A DNA stretch of 64,000 nt from the human T2T-CHM13v2.0 reference genome, Homo sapiens, in assembly GCF_009914755.1 (NCBI RefSeq), contig NC_060928.1, one strand, 5' to 3'. Below the pieces are notes generated by a model, which made no database searches, was not told where the DNA came from, and was given only the letters and a program-made list of their open reading frames with translations. Positions 29,316 through 44,937 of the stretch are shown here, in pieces; position 1 is the stretch's first letter; each line of letters starts with the position of its first letter. The translations under genes and the position numbers were made by a program.

Positions 29316-29642
29316 GAAGTTTTCCCTTGGCCCTTGACAATATATTATATGATATTAAATCAATGTTATATTACTTAGAAGTGATGATGATATTATAGTT
29401 ATGCGGAGAATGACTTTGTTCTTACTGCTTGTATTAAGGTATTAAGGGATGAAATGCTGTGAAAATGGTTCAATTAAAAACAACAGATGATAAATTATCC
29501 GTGAAAAAAAAAAAAACAACCCAGATACCAGTCAAATTGAAATAGAGGAAAAAAACAACAGAATGAGAGAAAGAGAGAAAAAGGCAAAATCTTAACGATT
29601 GTTAAATCTGGATGATGGGTATACAGGTTTTCATTGTACTAT

Positions 29643-30340
29643 TGTAACCAGCCAGTGGGTTCATGTTGCCCACTGCCCAGATAGAGCCGATTTATGAAGA
29701 CAGGGGAATTGCAATAGAGAAAGAGTTTAATTCATGCAGAGCCTGCCGAACAGGAGACTGGAGTTTTATCACTCAGAGCAGTTTCCCTGAAAATTTGGAG
29801 GTTAGGGATTTTCAAGGACAGTTTGGAGAGCCAGGAAATGGGTGCTGCTGATTGGTTGGGGATGCAGTCCTAGGAGTGTGGAAAGTGTCCTTGAGCCTGC
29901 TGAGTCCGCTTCCGGGTGTGGCCACAGGACCAGTTGGCAGGATCGGTGGAGCCATCAGCCTTCAGAGACAAAAACCTGAAAAGGCTAATCTCAGGTTCTC
30001 CAAGAGTGATGTGATCTGCAGGAGTAATTGGGGAAGTCACAAATCTTGTGATCTCTGGAATAATGGCTGGTAGTCCTTTCCATCTACACTACAGCAGAAT
30101 TCAGGCTCCTTTCATTCTAATCTAGTGGTCATTCATTAGCTTTACAAAGGCAGTTTAGTTTTGGAAAGGGCTATTATCATTTAAACTATAAACTAAATGT
30201 ATTCCAAAGTTAGCTTGGCCCAAGCCCAGGAATCCTTAAGGGCAGTTTGAAGATTAAGGGCAAGATGGGGATTGGTTAGATGAGATCTCTTTCACTGTCA
30301 TAATTTTCTTACGGTTATAATTTTTGCAAAGGCGATTTCA
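29643..30340 (-). mobile_element. Solo LTR8-family LTR
   Basis: Minus strand TGAAATCGCCTTTGCAAAAATTATAAC...GGTTACA; near-TSD ctat/ctac; homologous to the provirus LTRs. Confidence 0.88.
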
Positions 30341-31184
30341 CTACTATTTCAATTTTTCTGTGGCTTTACCTTTTCGAAAAAGTAAAACTGAGGGGGAAAT
30401 ATTGCAGAGTTCAATGTACAGTACATTTTTTTTTCCTTTTAAAATGCAGAAGAGGGTTGGTCTACTTCAAAAAGTTCATTAATATTAGAATTATATTCTA
30501 AAATAATGGAAGGCCTTATAGAAATCTTCTACTCAGGTTTGGGGTTGCCGTTTATAACTTTTAGCTCCTGCTTTCCCCATGCTTACAAACCCCCTTTCTT
30601 TTTTCTTTTTTTCCCCCACAAGTTGCTGGACTGTGTCATAAGATTGCAGCATGCAGCCATGTTCATAGCACCACGCCGAATCCTTTCTGGTGAGGGTATC
30701 TCATATTGTGGCATTGGCATTGTCGCTGCTGACATTTTGAGTCTGCCCCCTCTGTATCTGGTGCGGAGTTGATCATGATGAGGTGACAGAGGCAGAACTG
30801 CCAAAGGTGACAGAATCATCTGTGTACACAGTTCTCTTCCATTTCCAGTTTTGAGTCCTGGGCTCTTTTATCTTGCTCCTCTTTCTGGCACAGCCCAGAC
30901 TCCCTTCGGGGTCATTTCCGAAGTGGAACCCGTGCTCGGTCACTCCGCCTTTCTGTTTCCTTCCCCTCAGCAGTGAAAGAACCTTGCTTTGAAAATTGTT
31001 CAAAGGGGGATGGGGTGGTTGGCAGTTGTAAGTAACTAAATTCAAACCTTATGAAAGAGCATGACTTTAGGCTCTTATATAAATATATCCTGAAAAAAGT
31101 ATATGTACTCTGAAGGGAGAGACCAGTAAAGTGTTGCTTAAAAAGAATATAGCTAACAATAGTGACCACAAAAGCATCATGCAT

Positions 31185-31345
31185 ATGAAAAAGCATGACC
31201 TTTGGAGTTAGGTAGACCTGGGCTTGACTCAACCATGCCACTTGCTGACAGGGTGATCTTGAATAAATTACTTAACTTCTCTGAACCTCAATTTCCTTAT
31301 CTATAAAATGGAACAAACAATACCTGATTCTTGCTAGAGTGAAAA
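31185..31345 (+). mobile_element. MIR
   Basis: tttggagttaggtagacctggg...gtgatcttgaataaattacttaacttctctgaacctcaatttccttatctataaaatgg. Confidence 0.85.
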
Positions 31346-31569
31346 GTTACAATATAATTTTTCCTTCCTGGCTGAGAGGCTTCCAGACATCTGAACATGA
31401 ATCTGGTGTAACTGCTGAGCTCAGCCCAAAGTGATCCTTTCTGTTCCACAGGAATGATTGAGTACACAGCCAAAATGAGAGACAGGGGGCAGTTGAATAG
31501 GTTCCCTGAGGGCAAAGTGCAAAGCCCTTGTTTGAAGTCTTTTATAATTCAAATCTATCGAGATAGTAT

Positions 31570-31756
31570 CAGCACTTCTCAAACTTTAATGTGAAGAAGA
31601 ATCACTTGGAGCTCTCGTTAAAATGCAGATTTTGATTCTTTAGGTCTGCAGTGGGCTTCTAACTGTAGACGTCCTGAACTTCTATCTAGAACTTCTATCT
31701 AGCTCCCGGGGGATGGAGATGCTCCTCTTTCATGAACCACCCTTTGAATAGCAAGG
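31570..31756. mobile_element. MER5B-like hAT relic
   Basis: cttctcaaactttaatgtg...aatcacttggag...ttaaaatgcagattttgattc...gaaccaccctttgaatagcaagg. Confidence 0.75.
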
Positions 31757-33094
31757 CCCCAGGGCATATATTTAAAAACCTGAGATTTCTCCAGATTGGG
31801 AACTTCTAGGATTTCCAGACTCTACTTTTTCTTCATTCTCACTCTCCTTCTGGAGAGTGGGCACTTAACATGCCCATTTTTAGTTATTATTCTATTAATT
31901 GCAATCCTCCTTTCACCGTGTTTTAATGAAGTAAAGCTCCTTTCAAAACGAACTAACAGCAGTTGTTCGCTGCCAGCGGAAACCTCACTGAAGAATTAAA
32001 TACAACTATGAGCTTCTCTGCAAACAGGAAGGAAGGAGTGAATGGGAATGAGAGAGGAAGCTTGGCAAAAAAATGTCCCTGGGAGCCGCATTTATCCCCT
32101 GCCCCAAAGGGTGGACAGGACTACAGTCCCTTGTAATTGTGAAAGTGAAAAGGGGGAAAGCAAAAATGTAGAGACCTGAACCTCTGAGCATGTGCATTTT
32201 GAGTAAGTCCTGAGGCTTCTTCTTCCCTTCCCTCTCCAGGCCTCCCTCAGAGGTCAAATGCTGGTCCTTCTGGAGTGACTGGAGGCCCAGGACCTCCCCA
32301 GCAGCTTCTATCCTATTTAAGGCCTTGCTTAGTGAGTTCCAGTAGCCCAGACATTTTGAGCTGCTTGATTTAGCACATGTTTACAGTCCACAAGGTGTTA
32401 ACATGAAATAATTGGTTAAATTTCTCACCAACAATCACCAAGTTTTGAGATTAAAAAAAAATCAAAGCCGCAAACACTTTTTGAGAGTCCATTAAAACCC
32501 AAGAATTAGGTTAGGGACTGTGAAAAATCAAACAATGGGGAACTCCACTGCCTTCAAGTTTTAATTTTATGAAAGGAAATAGACATGTTATAAAAATCAA
32601 TGCTGTAACAGTGAGACAAGAGAGAAGGTGCAAGTAACCAGAGATGGGAATGATGCAGGCCATTAAACAAGAGTCTGCCTGTGCCCAGTGAGTACCACAG
32701 GGCCTGTTATATAAATGCATAAATATTGCTGAATAAATAAACCAGTAAGTGAGAATGAGTAAGTGAATGCAGAACAAGACCTTAATGTCTCAAAGAAAGC
32801 CAAGCCCATTTTTTCCCTATTTTTTTCCCCCTTATCTGATTATCCACTGCTAGGATTTCACAGGCCTCCCATCCAGCTCACTACTTTGCATCCCCTTGAC
32901 TGACAGCAGTGAGGACCTTGGAATGTAAACCACCCCTCACTCTGCCCTTATCAGACATTTTTGGGGAGCTTATTTGTATATCAATATCTATATCTACCAG
33001 GAATTTCCCTCTATTCTCAGCAGTTATCTTGAGAGGAGTCCTGTAAGTTTAGAAACAACTATTGCCAATTTTCTAATCAAAGAAAAAAGAGAGC

Positions 33095-33754
33095 ATCATG
33101 GATTATGTTTGTGTCTCCCCAAAATTCATAATATGTTGAAATCTAATCCCCCAATATAATGGTATTTGGAAGCAGGTCTTTTGGAAGGTAATTAGGCCAT
33201 GAGACTGGAGCTTTCATGAATAAGAAGAGACCCCAGGGAGATCTCTTTTTTTTCTTTTTCTTTTTTTTTTTGACATCTTGTTCTGTCGCCCAGGCTGGAG
33301 TGCGATGACGTGATCTCGGCTCACTGCAACCTCTGCTTCCTGGGTTCAAGCGATTCTTGATTCTCCCAGGTCAGCCTCCCAAGTAGCTGGGATTTCAGGC
33401 ACCCACCATCATGCCCGGCTAATTTTTGTATTTTTTGTAGAGATGGGGGTTTCACCATGTTGGCCTGGCTGGTCTTAGACTCCTGACCTCAGGTGATCCT
33501 CCCGCCTCCGGCTCCCAAATTGCTGGGATTACAGGTGTGAGCCACCGTGCCCAGCCTTGCTTCTTTCTATCACGTGAGGATACAATGAGAAGTCTGCCGT
33601 CTGCAATTTGGAAAAGGGCCCTCACATAATTCTGACCATGCTGGCACCTTGATCTCAGACTTTCAGCCTCCAGAACTGTGAGAAATAAATTTCTGTTGTT
33701 TATAAGCCACCCAGTTTATGGTATTTGTTATGGCAGCCCAAACTGATTAAGACA
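33095..33754 (+). mobile_element. MLT1A-like solo LTR interrupted by an Alu (33246-33556, minus)
   Basis: tgtctccccaaaattcata.tgttgaaatctaatcccc...gctggcaccttgatctcagactttcagcctccagaactgtgagaaataaa...taagaca. Confidence 0.88.
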
Positions 33755-34095
33755 AGGGGGAAGAAGAAGGGATTACAAATGAGATAGCCTAGGGAAACGT
33801 ACAATGGCAGCAAACTGACCCTTTCTGGAACAACACCTGCAGCAGGTCAATCATGCCCCAGAGCAATGTGGGACAAAGGAGGACAAGGGCGTATGCCCAT
33901 TTCAATGTTTGACTGCAGGTTGTTCCTCACTTCAATAATACATCCAACTGAACAGAATAATATTCTAGGTACTAAAAATGAAAAAATGTGTTGTTTAAGT
34001 TTATATAATTCTATTTCAGAGCTAAAACATTGCTCTCTTTAATTAGCATTTATAGAGTACTAGTTAAGTACTCTATAAGTGCCCCACCAATTGAT

Positions 34096-34389
<294 letters not shown>

Positions 34390-34443
34390 TCAATATGGTT
34401 AATTAATACTTTTGCCATACCTATGTAAATAATCAGGCCAATT

Positions 34444-34445
<2 letters not shown>

Positions 34446-34486
<41 letters not shown>
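34446..34486. repeat. (TG)n microsatellite
   Basis: Directly visible. Confidence 0.95.
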
Positions 34487-34489
<3 letters not shown>

Positions 34490-34941
34490 CATATAACAAC
34501 TTTTAAGGAAAATTTGTGAAACTTTGAAATGTGAAAATTTAAAAAAAGATTTTTATTTCCAGGTGTCTTTTTAATGGAATATGAAGTGTTATCTAGTATA
34601 CCTTTCAGGGTTTGTCTCATTGTATGGGGTCTGTGCCTTTCCCTGTCTTTGAATGAGCTGTCTTATAACTCTGTAAGTTGTAGAAAATTGATAATAATGC
34701 CAACAATTTCTGTTCATAGAACTGCAAACAAATTTTGTCAAAGTGAATATGCAATGGTTTCATATATAGAAGAGACTAGTTTGCCTCTATTAGCAAATTC
34801 ATTTCAGCATTCCTGACTGCCAGTAGATGTGTCTGTTCTTTGAAGTCTCTATGAACTGTTTTTCACATCTTACAGTTGCCTTATAAATAAAATATTTCAT
34901 GTGTTCATTTTGTATTTGTATAAAATCCATGATTTCTTTCT

Positions 34942-35267
34942 TTTTCTTTCCTTCCTTCCTTCCTTCCTTTCTTTCTTCTTCTTTTTTTTTTTTTTGGCAG
35001 AGTCTCGCTCTGTTGCCCAGGCTGGAGTGCAGTGGCGCGATCTACAACCTCCACCTCCCAGGTTCAAGTGCTTCTCCTGCCTCAGCCACCCAAGTAGCTG
35101 AGATCACAGGTGTATGCCATGATGCCTGGCTATTTTTTATATTTTTAGTAGAGATGGGGTTTCACCATGTTGGCCAGGCTGGTCTTGAACTCCTGACCTC
35201 AAGTGATTTGCCTGCCAAGGCCACCCAAAGTGCTGGGATTACAGATGTGAGGTGCCGCGCCTAGCCC
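34942..35267 (-). mobile_element. AluS with a (TTCC)n tail
   Basis: Dimer with a small right-arm deletion. Confidence 0.92.
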
Positions 35268-35440
35268 ATTCCTTTTTAAAAATTATCCTTTAATATAGGA
35301 ATAGTAAGCTAACCAAGTGTATCAGACATTCATGCCATATTGGCAGTGGAGAAAATAGATCAAATAAAAATGTATAATCACAAAACAGGATGTTTTGTGC
35401 ACAAAATAAACATTAAAACCTTATCCATTAGAGCTGACAA

Positions 35441-35568
35441 CTTTTTTTTAATTTTATTAATAGTATAGAGACAGGGTCTTGCTACGTTGTCCAGGCTGGT
35501 CTTGAACTCCTGGCCTCAAGAGATTCTCCTGCCTCAGACTCCCAAAGTGCTGGGATTATAGGTGTGAG
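35441..35568 (-). mobile_element. FLAM-C-like monomer
   Basis: Single left arm. Confidence 0.85.
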
Positions 35569-35739
35569 GAAGTGTACAACTTTAAATATGGCATATCACT
35601 ATCAGTTTTCCTCAAAGCACAATAGTTGTACCTCAGAGAACAATTCGACATTTTTCCATTTTTTTTCTCAGTGGTTATCAATCGAAACTCTTTGTGATAT
35701 TATTGGTGCAGGGAAAGGGAAAACTTCTCTGTGTCAATC

Positions 35740-36539
35740 TGTGACAAAAAAGAGATAATAGAAATTTGTTCCAGGCCAGGTGTGGCAGCATGTGCCTGTA
35801 GTTCCAGTGCTTTGGTAGACCGAGACAGGAGGATCTCTTGGGCAGGAGTTCAAGACTAGCTTAGGCAAAATAGCAAGACCCTGCCTCCACAAAAAAATTA
35901 TCCAGGTGTGGTGGCACAACTTGTAGTCCCAACTATTAAGAGGCTGAGGTGGGAGGCTTGCTTAGGTTACAGTGAGCTACTATTATACCTCTGCACTCTA
36001 GCCCGAGTGACAGAGCAAGACCCTGTCTCTAAAAAGTGAAATAAAATAAAATAATAGGACTTTTAAAAAATTACTGATTTTGCAGGCACATAGGGGCTTC
36101 ATGGAAAAGAATTTAAAACCCGTAGAAGCAATAATGGCTGGGAGCTTATATATCATTATAACAAAGGGTGATAAACTGTGAAGTGACCAGATGAGAAAAA
36201 AAAGAGGTTTGATGTTTGTACTTCTAGGAGTGGTAAAATTGAGAGAAGGTAAATATATGGGGGAAACTAATAGAACGTAAGAGTTATTTTAGAAAGCTTT
36301 ATTTGTGCTACCCATCTCAGTGCTGATTTTTCATTTCCTGTGCTAAGAGTCATCTTGTCCTCTTGGTATGGAAGAGTAATCAAGGGACACTTTTACAAAG
36401 AAAAATTTATGCCCTGCTGTTAGGCAGAGGGCAGGCAGAGAATTCCTCCTACATCTGCTGTTTCTCAATTGCCTTCAGCTCAAAATAATCCATATGTTAA
36501 AGTGTCATATTTTGGGGTGGCATATTTTGATCCCCTTCA
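35740..36539 (-). mobile_element. MER34-family solo LTR interrupted by an AluJ (35774-36055, plus)
   Basis: Minus strand begins TGAAGGGGATCAAAATATGCCACCCCAAAATATG...GATTATTTTGAGCTGAAGGCAATTGAGAAACAGCAGATG. Confidence 0.75.
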
Positions 36540-36669
36540 TTGACATTCACTTAGACTGCTTTATTTATGCCTGCTCTCTGATATCAATATGATATTATTT
36601 CTCCCAGGATAATCACTGAAGATCCTCCTTATAGCTGTGAGAGCTGGGCCTGGATTTCTGTATGGCTGA

Positions 36670-37324
<655 letters not shown>

Positions 37325-37546
37325 GCCTCTGTTTATTTTCTTATCACATCTAGTTCTCAAGATTTCCTGCCATTAGAGAGTCACAAAGAGAATGTAGATT
37401 GGATCAGAACTGTTGCTTTAGCCAAAGTAATAAGTTACCATTGATTCAATCTTCAGAGGAATTGGAGAATGACATAAGAACTAACCCTGTTTTATTTTTG
37501 ACATGTATATAATGGTTCTAATAAAAATGTTTTGTGGGGTGGGGGG

Positions 37547-37861
37547 GTTTTGTTTTTTTGTTTGTTTGTTTGTTTTTGAAATAGAGTCTTGCTCTGTCAT
37601 CCAGACTGGAGGTACAGTGGCGTGACCTTGGCTCACTGCAGCCCTGACCTCCCAGGCTCAATCAATCCTCCCGTTTTAGCCTCTCAAGTAGCTGGGACTA
37701 CAGACCCACACCACCATGCTCAGCTAATTGTTTAAATTTTTTGTAGAGGCAAGGTCTCACTATATTGCCCTGGATGGTCTTGAACTCCTGGGCTCAAGCA
37801 ATTTTTCCACCTTGGCCTCCCAAAGTGCTGAGATTACAGGTATGAGACACCACACCAGGCC
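37547..37861 (-). mobile_element. AluJ-like SINE
   Basis: Dimer; 18-bp tandem duplication at its edge (37845-37880). Confidence 0.9.
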
Positions 37862-38469
37862 CAGACACCACACCAGGCCCAGAAGTTCACCCATGTTTTC
37901 TTCTAGTACTTGTATAGTTTCATTTTTTTACATTTGATCTTTGATTCATTTGGAGTTTATTCTTATGTATGCTGTGAGGAATGAATCTAATTTCATATTT
38001 TTCCAAATGGCTATCCCGTTGTCCCTACACCATTTATTAAAAAGTCCCATCTTTCTCTCAGGGATTTGGAATCCCATCATTATCATATATGAAATTTCCA
38101 TATGTAGTTGACTCTATTGCTGGACTTTTAACTCTATTTCATTGGTCTGTTTGAGTACTTGTGTACCAGTATCATATGATTTTAATTATAGAGGCCTTAC
38201 ATTTTATTTTAAAAGCTGGTGTGGCTAGGCCCTCCTTATAGCTCTTGCTTTGCCATGTTTTCCTAGATATTCTAGGATGTTTATTTTTTCATATGAACTA
38301 TACTTCTGAAACTTGCCTAGTTTCAAAAATAATGTTTGTTTTTATTGGAATCACATTAAAATTTTGAATTAGGTAGGCAACTGATATCTTGATGATTTTG
38401 AGACAAGAACAAGGGACATGTTTTCATTTGTTTTAGTCTTACTTTGTGTCTTTAGGAATGCTTTATAGG

Positions 38470-38760
38470 TTTTTTTTTGAGACGGAGTCTCGCTCTGTCG
38501 CCCAGGCTGGAGTGCAGCGGCCCTGTCTCGGCTCACTGCAAGCTCCGCCTCCCGGGTTCACGCCATTCTCCTGCCTCCACCTCCTGAGTAGCTGGTACTA
38601 CAGGCACCCACCACCACGCCTGGCTAATTTTTTTGTATTTTTAGTAGACACGCGGTTTCACTGTGTTAGCCAGGATGGTCTCGATCTCTTGACTTCGTGA
38701 TCCGCCCGCCTCGGCCTCCCAAAGTGCTGGGATTACAGGCGTGAGCCACCGCGACCGGCC
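38470..38760 (-). mobile_element. AluY
   Basis: caagctccgcctcccgggttcacgccattctcc; CpG-rich. Confidence 0.95.
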
Positions 38761-38786
38761 AGGTTTGCTTTTTTTCATGGATATTA

Positions 38787-39227
<441 letters not shown>

Positions 39228-39312
39228 TTACATGTTTCCTGTTAATTTTATACGCTGCTAACTTACTGAATGGTTTTAGTGTTGTATAAGTTTTATAATT
39301 AATTATTCAGAG

Positions 39313-40150
<838 letters not shown>

Positions 40151-40846
40151 AGTCTAAAAGTGAAGAATCAAAGCTTCCCAGTGGCATTCCTCAACCAATG
40201 GGGATAAAAACCTCAATACATTTTCTCATATCCCGTTATTCAGGTGAGCAATTCTGAGAGTTACTCCACATGCTCCTCAAGAGGTCACGTACAAACTATC
40301 TTCATCAGTTACCTTGATAATGCGCCCTATGTCAGCTTTTCCTCCTTCCCTGTCTAATTCCCTCACTCTAGCTCGCTGAGGTCACCTGCCCCTAAAACTG
40401 CCTGCACCCAAGTCTTTATCAGAAATTCAAGCAAAGACAGAGATCTATCAAGTTTAAAGGATGAGGCATGTGTAAAAGTTGGAGCCCTTATAGAAGAATA
40501 CTAGAAATATTTTATAGGTTCTTAAAATACTGTTGAAGAACCATACATTAAAACTTTAAGGTGAGAACCAGAAATATGCATTTAAATGTATTCCTTATTA
40601 AATTAAGTAGAGAGGAAAGCAATGTCTGAAACTGTAGTCTGCACTGTGGTTATATAAGAGAATATTATCCTTAGGCATATGCAACTTACTCTTAAAAGTT
40701 CAGGAAAAATACGCATCTATATGTTTGTATGTATACATGTGTATATGTATAAACAGAGAAAGAGAAAGAGAGAGAATGGGAGAAACAGATAAAGCAAATG
40801 GGCAGAATGTTTACAATAGGTAAATTTGGGTAAAGTGTATACTCTT

Positions 40847-41288
<442 letters not shown>

Positions 41289-41310
41289 ATAAACATTTTT
41301 TCAAAGCATA

Positions 41311-41646
41311 CAGTCATCTGTTGGTATTTATGGGGGATTGGTTCCAGGACCTCCAGCACATAACAAAATCCATATTTTCTAGTCCCTGAGTAATATAAAA
41401 TGACACGGTATTTGCATATAACCTATGCACATTCTTCCATATACCTTAAATCACCTCTAGATTACTTTTATAATACCTAATACAATGTAAATAATATGTA
41501 AATAGTTGTTCTATTGTTTAGGGAATAATGACAAGAAACAAAAGTCTGTCTACATTCAGTCCAAACGTAATCTTTTTCTGAACATTTTCAATCTGAGGCT
41601 GGTTGAATTTGTGGATGTGGAACCCATGAAGATGAAAGGCCAACTG
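41311..41646. mobile_element. MER2 (TcMar-Tigger) with TA TSD
   Basis: ta|cagtcatc...gggggattggttccaggacc...gtatttgcatataacctatgcaca...ggccaactg|ta. Confidence 0.88.
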
Positions 41647-41820
41647 TATATGGTTGTTCTTTAGACTATTCATGCAGCTTTTCTGTAAGTGTGAATTTCC
41701 AAATTAAAAGTTAGAAAAAGTTATTATAGACTTTTCAAGACAGCAAACTTAAGTCATAAGGCTTCAGGGTCAGCAGCCCTTTTTCTTTTTACCACCTATC
41801 TTTTAAAATGTCCTAAAATG

Positions 41821-42113
41821 AGCTGGGCACAGTGGTTCATGCCTATAATCCTAGCACTTTGGGAGGCCAAGGCGGATGAATCACCTGGGGCCGGGGGTTC
41901 GAGACCAGCCTGGACAACATGGTGACACCCTGTCTCTACTAAAAATACAAAAATTAGTCAGGTGTGGTGGTGGGCGCCTATAATCCTAGCTACTTGGGAG
42001 GCTGAGGCAGGAGAATTGCCTGAACCCAGAGGGCAGAGGTTGCAGTAAGCCGAGATTGCAACACTTCACTCCAGCCTGGGCAAAAGAGAGAAACTCCATC
42101 ACCAAAAAAAAAA
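41821..42113 (+). mobile_element. AluS
   Basis: Dimer; gtcctaaaatg on both flanks. Confidence 0.95.
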
Positions 42114-42906
42114 GTCCTAAAATGCTGACAAGTTGATATTAATAATAAAGGCTCCTATCTGGGCCCACTAAGAATAAGAGGAAACCTTCACTCAGACATG
42201 ATTTTAAGCAGTCACACTTTGTCCCACTTAAAAAAAAAAAAAAAGTAATGTTGGCTACCACCGTTAAAAAGTTGGTTGGCCCTTTCCTTATCTTAATGGA
42301 CCAGCAGGCAATAGTACTGTGAACATTCATTAGAAAATGGTAAAACTGTTGAGATCTTGGGTTCAAAGGTCATGCACTGATGTTAATTTTTTCCCAGGGT
42401 TTCTTAGAAGTGTTGGCCAGGAAAAGCTCTTGCTGAGTTAGTAAAGACAACACAGATAAGATGGGGGAAATTTCTGTTAATTAGCTAAATGTACACTTGC
42501 TAGCCACTTGAGCAAATGAGTATGAGGCAGCTCTATCTTGTCAAGGCTGGAAGGAATTTTACAACTGGTAGTATACAATTCCTTCACTTGCCAGAGTTCT
42601 ACTATTGGTGCAGGTCCCAACTGTCATCTGGTTTAACTGCTCATCTGCAGCTTCCATTGTCTCTGATGACACCTGCCATGTTGCTTACATATGTTCAGAA
42701 ACAAGCAGGTCACTATGCCTGCAACAGCACTAATAATACACCTCCTTGTTTAAGCAATGGTGTTGACTGCATTATAGTTTTTAACAGTAAAAAAATTAGC
42801 AAGAACTTAAATGTCAATCAATAAGAAAACTTATTTCATTAAAATTCTAAGTATCATTAGAAAGAATAAGTTGAATCTATATATACCTATTTGAAATAAA
42901 AAAAAA

Positions 42907-43029
42907 ATTTTAAGAGACGGGGTCTCACTATGTTGCCCAGGCTGATCTTGAACTCCTAGGCTCAAGTGATTCTCCTGCCTCTACCTCCCAAAGCGCTGGG
43001 CTTACAGGCGTGAACCACCATGCCCAGCC
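42907..43029 (-). mobile_element. FLAM-C monomer within an L1M remnant
   Basis: Single arm. Confidence 0.85.
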
Positions 43030-44585
43030 CTAATACCTGCTTTTTTTTTTTAAGTCTCCAATATATTAAGTTTAAAAAATTGTAAAATAGTTTCATATTA
43101 TTCTGATTTTTGTACGAAAGATGTAAAAGTTTATATACAAGTGCAATTTTTAAAAAGTCTAGGATAAATTCCAAACAATTCCAAACTGTTAACAGTGTTT
43201 TTCATGGGGAGGATAATGAAAACAATTACTCCCACTCCTTTTGTTTCCATTGGAGGAGAGTTTCCCTTATACTTCTTTGCTCTTACTCCTCATTCCAGTC
43301 TCTAGAGGTTGTCTGGGCAATACAGTGGGAAATGCTTATTGTCTTCAACTCTTATTCAGGCAAGCAGCAGGCATTGGAGAACCACCACTCCTGGGTGGAG
43401 GAGTGGCTTCTCATAGTGACAGGTTTGTAAAAGTGAACAGGTGAAGCTCGATCACATTTTGTTTCCCTCTGGTTGGAATCAGACTCTAGCAGAAACCATC
43501 CCTCTATTCCTTCACTCCATCTGTAAGTTTATGGGGACAGGCTCACTTAGGAGGGCAGGCTATGCCTGTACAATGCTCCTAGAGACTAGGGCAGATAAGT
43601 GGTAACCTGGCCCACCACTGCCTCCCACCTAGGCCACATTCTACAGTAGTTCTAGCAGTAACAAAACTGACGTTTTGATCTTTATCCACCTCACTCTGTA
43701 TTTCTCTCATTGGTTTTGAGCTTAGGTAACAGGAGTATTATTCATTAGAAGCCCTCAAGTGTGAATAAAAACAATATTTTCTTTTAATTTTTTATGCTTC
43801 TGCATTGTTTAAATTTTTTATTAAAATGAGCACATATTACACAGAATAATATAGATATCTCTAAATATAAAGATATGAAGACATAAAATCTATATCCTTA
43901 AATTTTCCACCTAATCTTAGAATTCCTGTGTCCTTCTTGATTTGTATTGTCCTTTATACTTCAGTTGCTTGAAGCAACTGCATCGTCTTCTAAGGTTAAA
44001 AGAGGTAATTTGCCTTCATCTACTCTCTACTCCTTTGGTCACTGGACACTAGTTTTCTTGTTCCATACATTCTTTTCCCTTTCTGATTAAACCATCTAAT
44101 TTGGCTTCCTTCAAAGAGGTTGTTGCCCTTTATTCCAGTAAGTCATTCCTATTCTGACTTGGAAAAAGCTTTCCCTATTTTTCTAGGCCCCCAGGATACT
44201 TTTGCTGTGGTGACAGCCTACGAATGGTCTCCCAGGCATTTATAGAATGTTCCCTTCATTTTTCACATCATAGCCTGCAAATTTATAAAGAAAGCATTAT
44301 GTCCTCTCAAATATTTTTTTCTCCAGGCAAAATATTCTCATTTTCTTCAACTGTGTGTCACACAGCATGGTTTCGATTCCCTATTTTGGCCACTCCCCTC
44401 GAAATGGACCCCAGTTTGTCTATAAATCTCCTAAAGATTGACACCAAAAGGGGAATACAGTTCTCTGGGTGATCTGATCATTGTGGACTAGAAAAGAGTA
44501 GTGTCCTACTTGTTATAACAATGGCATACTCTTACCACAGTGGTAAGAGTGGCCAGTATGCTCTCACCAGATATGTACACTGGGG

Positions 44586-44937
44586 ATTATCTTGGTCTGT
44601 TAGGGCTGCTGTAGCAAAATACCATAAGTTGAGTGGCTTATACATAAAAGAAATTTATTTCTTACAGTTCTGGAGACTGGGAAGTCCAAAATTAAGGCAT
44701 AATTCAGTGTCTGGTTAGGGTCCACTTTCTTACAGATGGCACCTTCTTGTGTTCTCACTTAGCGAAAGGAGTTACCAAGCTCCCAAGGGCCTCTTTTATA
44801 AGGGCACCAATCTCATTCCTGAGGGCTCCACCCTCATGACCTAATCACTTCCCAAATGCCTTAACTCCTAATACCATCACTTTGGGAATTAAGATTTCAA
44901 CATACAAATTTTGGAGGGAGTGGACACAAATATAGCA
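44586..44937 (-). mobile_element. MLT1A-like solo LTR
   Basis: gggctgctgtagcaaaataccat...tttatttcttacagttctggagactgggaagtcc...ccctcatgacctaatcacttcccaaa. Confidence 0.88.

Larger units (their letters stand above)
22827..29339 (+). mobile_element. MER39-family solo LTR, interrupted near its 3' end by HERV-H
   Basis: Starts TGTTGGG...cctcagaagcagcctcagaag; resumes after HERV-H as gaagttttcccttggcccttgaca; ATAT TSD at 22823-22826 and 29340-29343. Confidence 0.8.

Noticed and set aside
30740-31495. CTCF-like AGGGGGCAG cores at about 30742-30750 (minus) and 31484-31492
   Set aside because: Only the core matches and the 5' part of the motif is poor; not supportable without a PWM scan or ChIP data
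43960-44560. Possible CR1/L3 fragment
   Set aside because: Similarity too faint to call by eye
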